NCBI GenBank assembly: GCA_963575745.1
Contig: CAUYUJ010000181.1
Location: 62,001 to 126,000, forward strand
DNA length: 64,000 bases
From: Prorocentrum cordatum
Lineage: Eukaryota
Reading direction: 5' to 3'
Below, piece after piece: positions 63,609 to 64,000 of the stretch. How positions within the stretch are numbered: the stretch's first letter is position 1; each line of letters begins with the position of its first letter. The notes beneath the pieces are model-generated. The model did no database searches, was not told the origin of the DNA, and worked only from the letters and a program-made list of their open reading frames with translations. The position numbers were made by a program, and so were the translations under genes.

Positions 63609-64000
63609 GATGGCCCGCCCTGGGCCTGGGCCCTGGTGACCCGTGACAGCCATCAGAAAGAATAAGATGAGAGATATGCGTCGCTCGCAGCTCGATCATT
63701 TGGGGGATGCGGAAGTCGGAGGGGCGCTGACAGGCCCTCAGGCCTCAGGGCCTCAGGGGGCCCACCAACGAGTCTGGGGATCACAGCGCATTATTATTCG
63801 AGAGCTCAACATCCAAAGTCCCAAGACCCAAGAGACCGACAGATACCAGACTAGGCACGATACCGACTGCTTGAAACAACACGACACTGCTGACGATGAA
63901 ACAATGATGCATGCGGGGGTAAGGATCATGGGGAATTATGTTCCCAGAAACCTCTCCGGGAACATATTTCAGACGTCCTCCTGGATGATGCCAATATGCT

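Larger units (their letters stand above)
52803..64000 (-). mobile_element. Second tandem copy of the 28 kb unit (truncated by the window end)
   Basis: Colinear and near-identical to 24707-~35875, with scattered SNPs and indels. Confidence 0.9.

Overview
GC-rich, microsatellite-laden eukaryotic DNA with dinoflagellate hallmarks: GC/GA/GT-AG introns with duplicated boundaries, relict spliced-leader (DinoSL) motifs and all credible genes on the minus strand. The organism call (Prorocentrum-like) is inference. The left end holds exons of a class I cyclic-nucleotide phosphodiesterase gene. Positions 2.8-24.6 kb are mostly simple repeats, MITE-like hairpins and small exon candidates. After an N gap (24607-24706) comes a ~28.1 kb unit repeated in direct tandem; copy 2 starts ~52803 and runs off the window. 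The unit encodes a ~1680-1800 aa DDE (hAT-like) transposase split by four phase-0 introns and invisible in the ORF track. It also encodes a C5 DNA methyltransferase, a zinc-knuckle/ADP-ribosyltransferase-like protein, a coiled-coil protein with a degenerate JmjC/cupin-like region and an RS-rich protein. Several of these genes are preceded by relict spliced leaders. Best interpretation: a candidate giant DNA transposon carrying retroposed DNA/chromatin-modifying cargo. Domain calls come from motif recognition by eye, and the element termini were not found.
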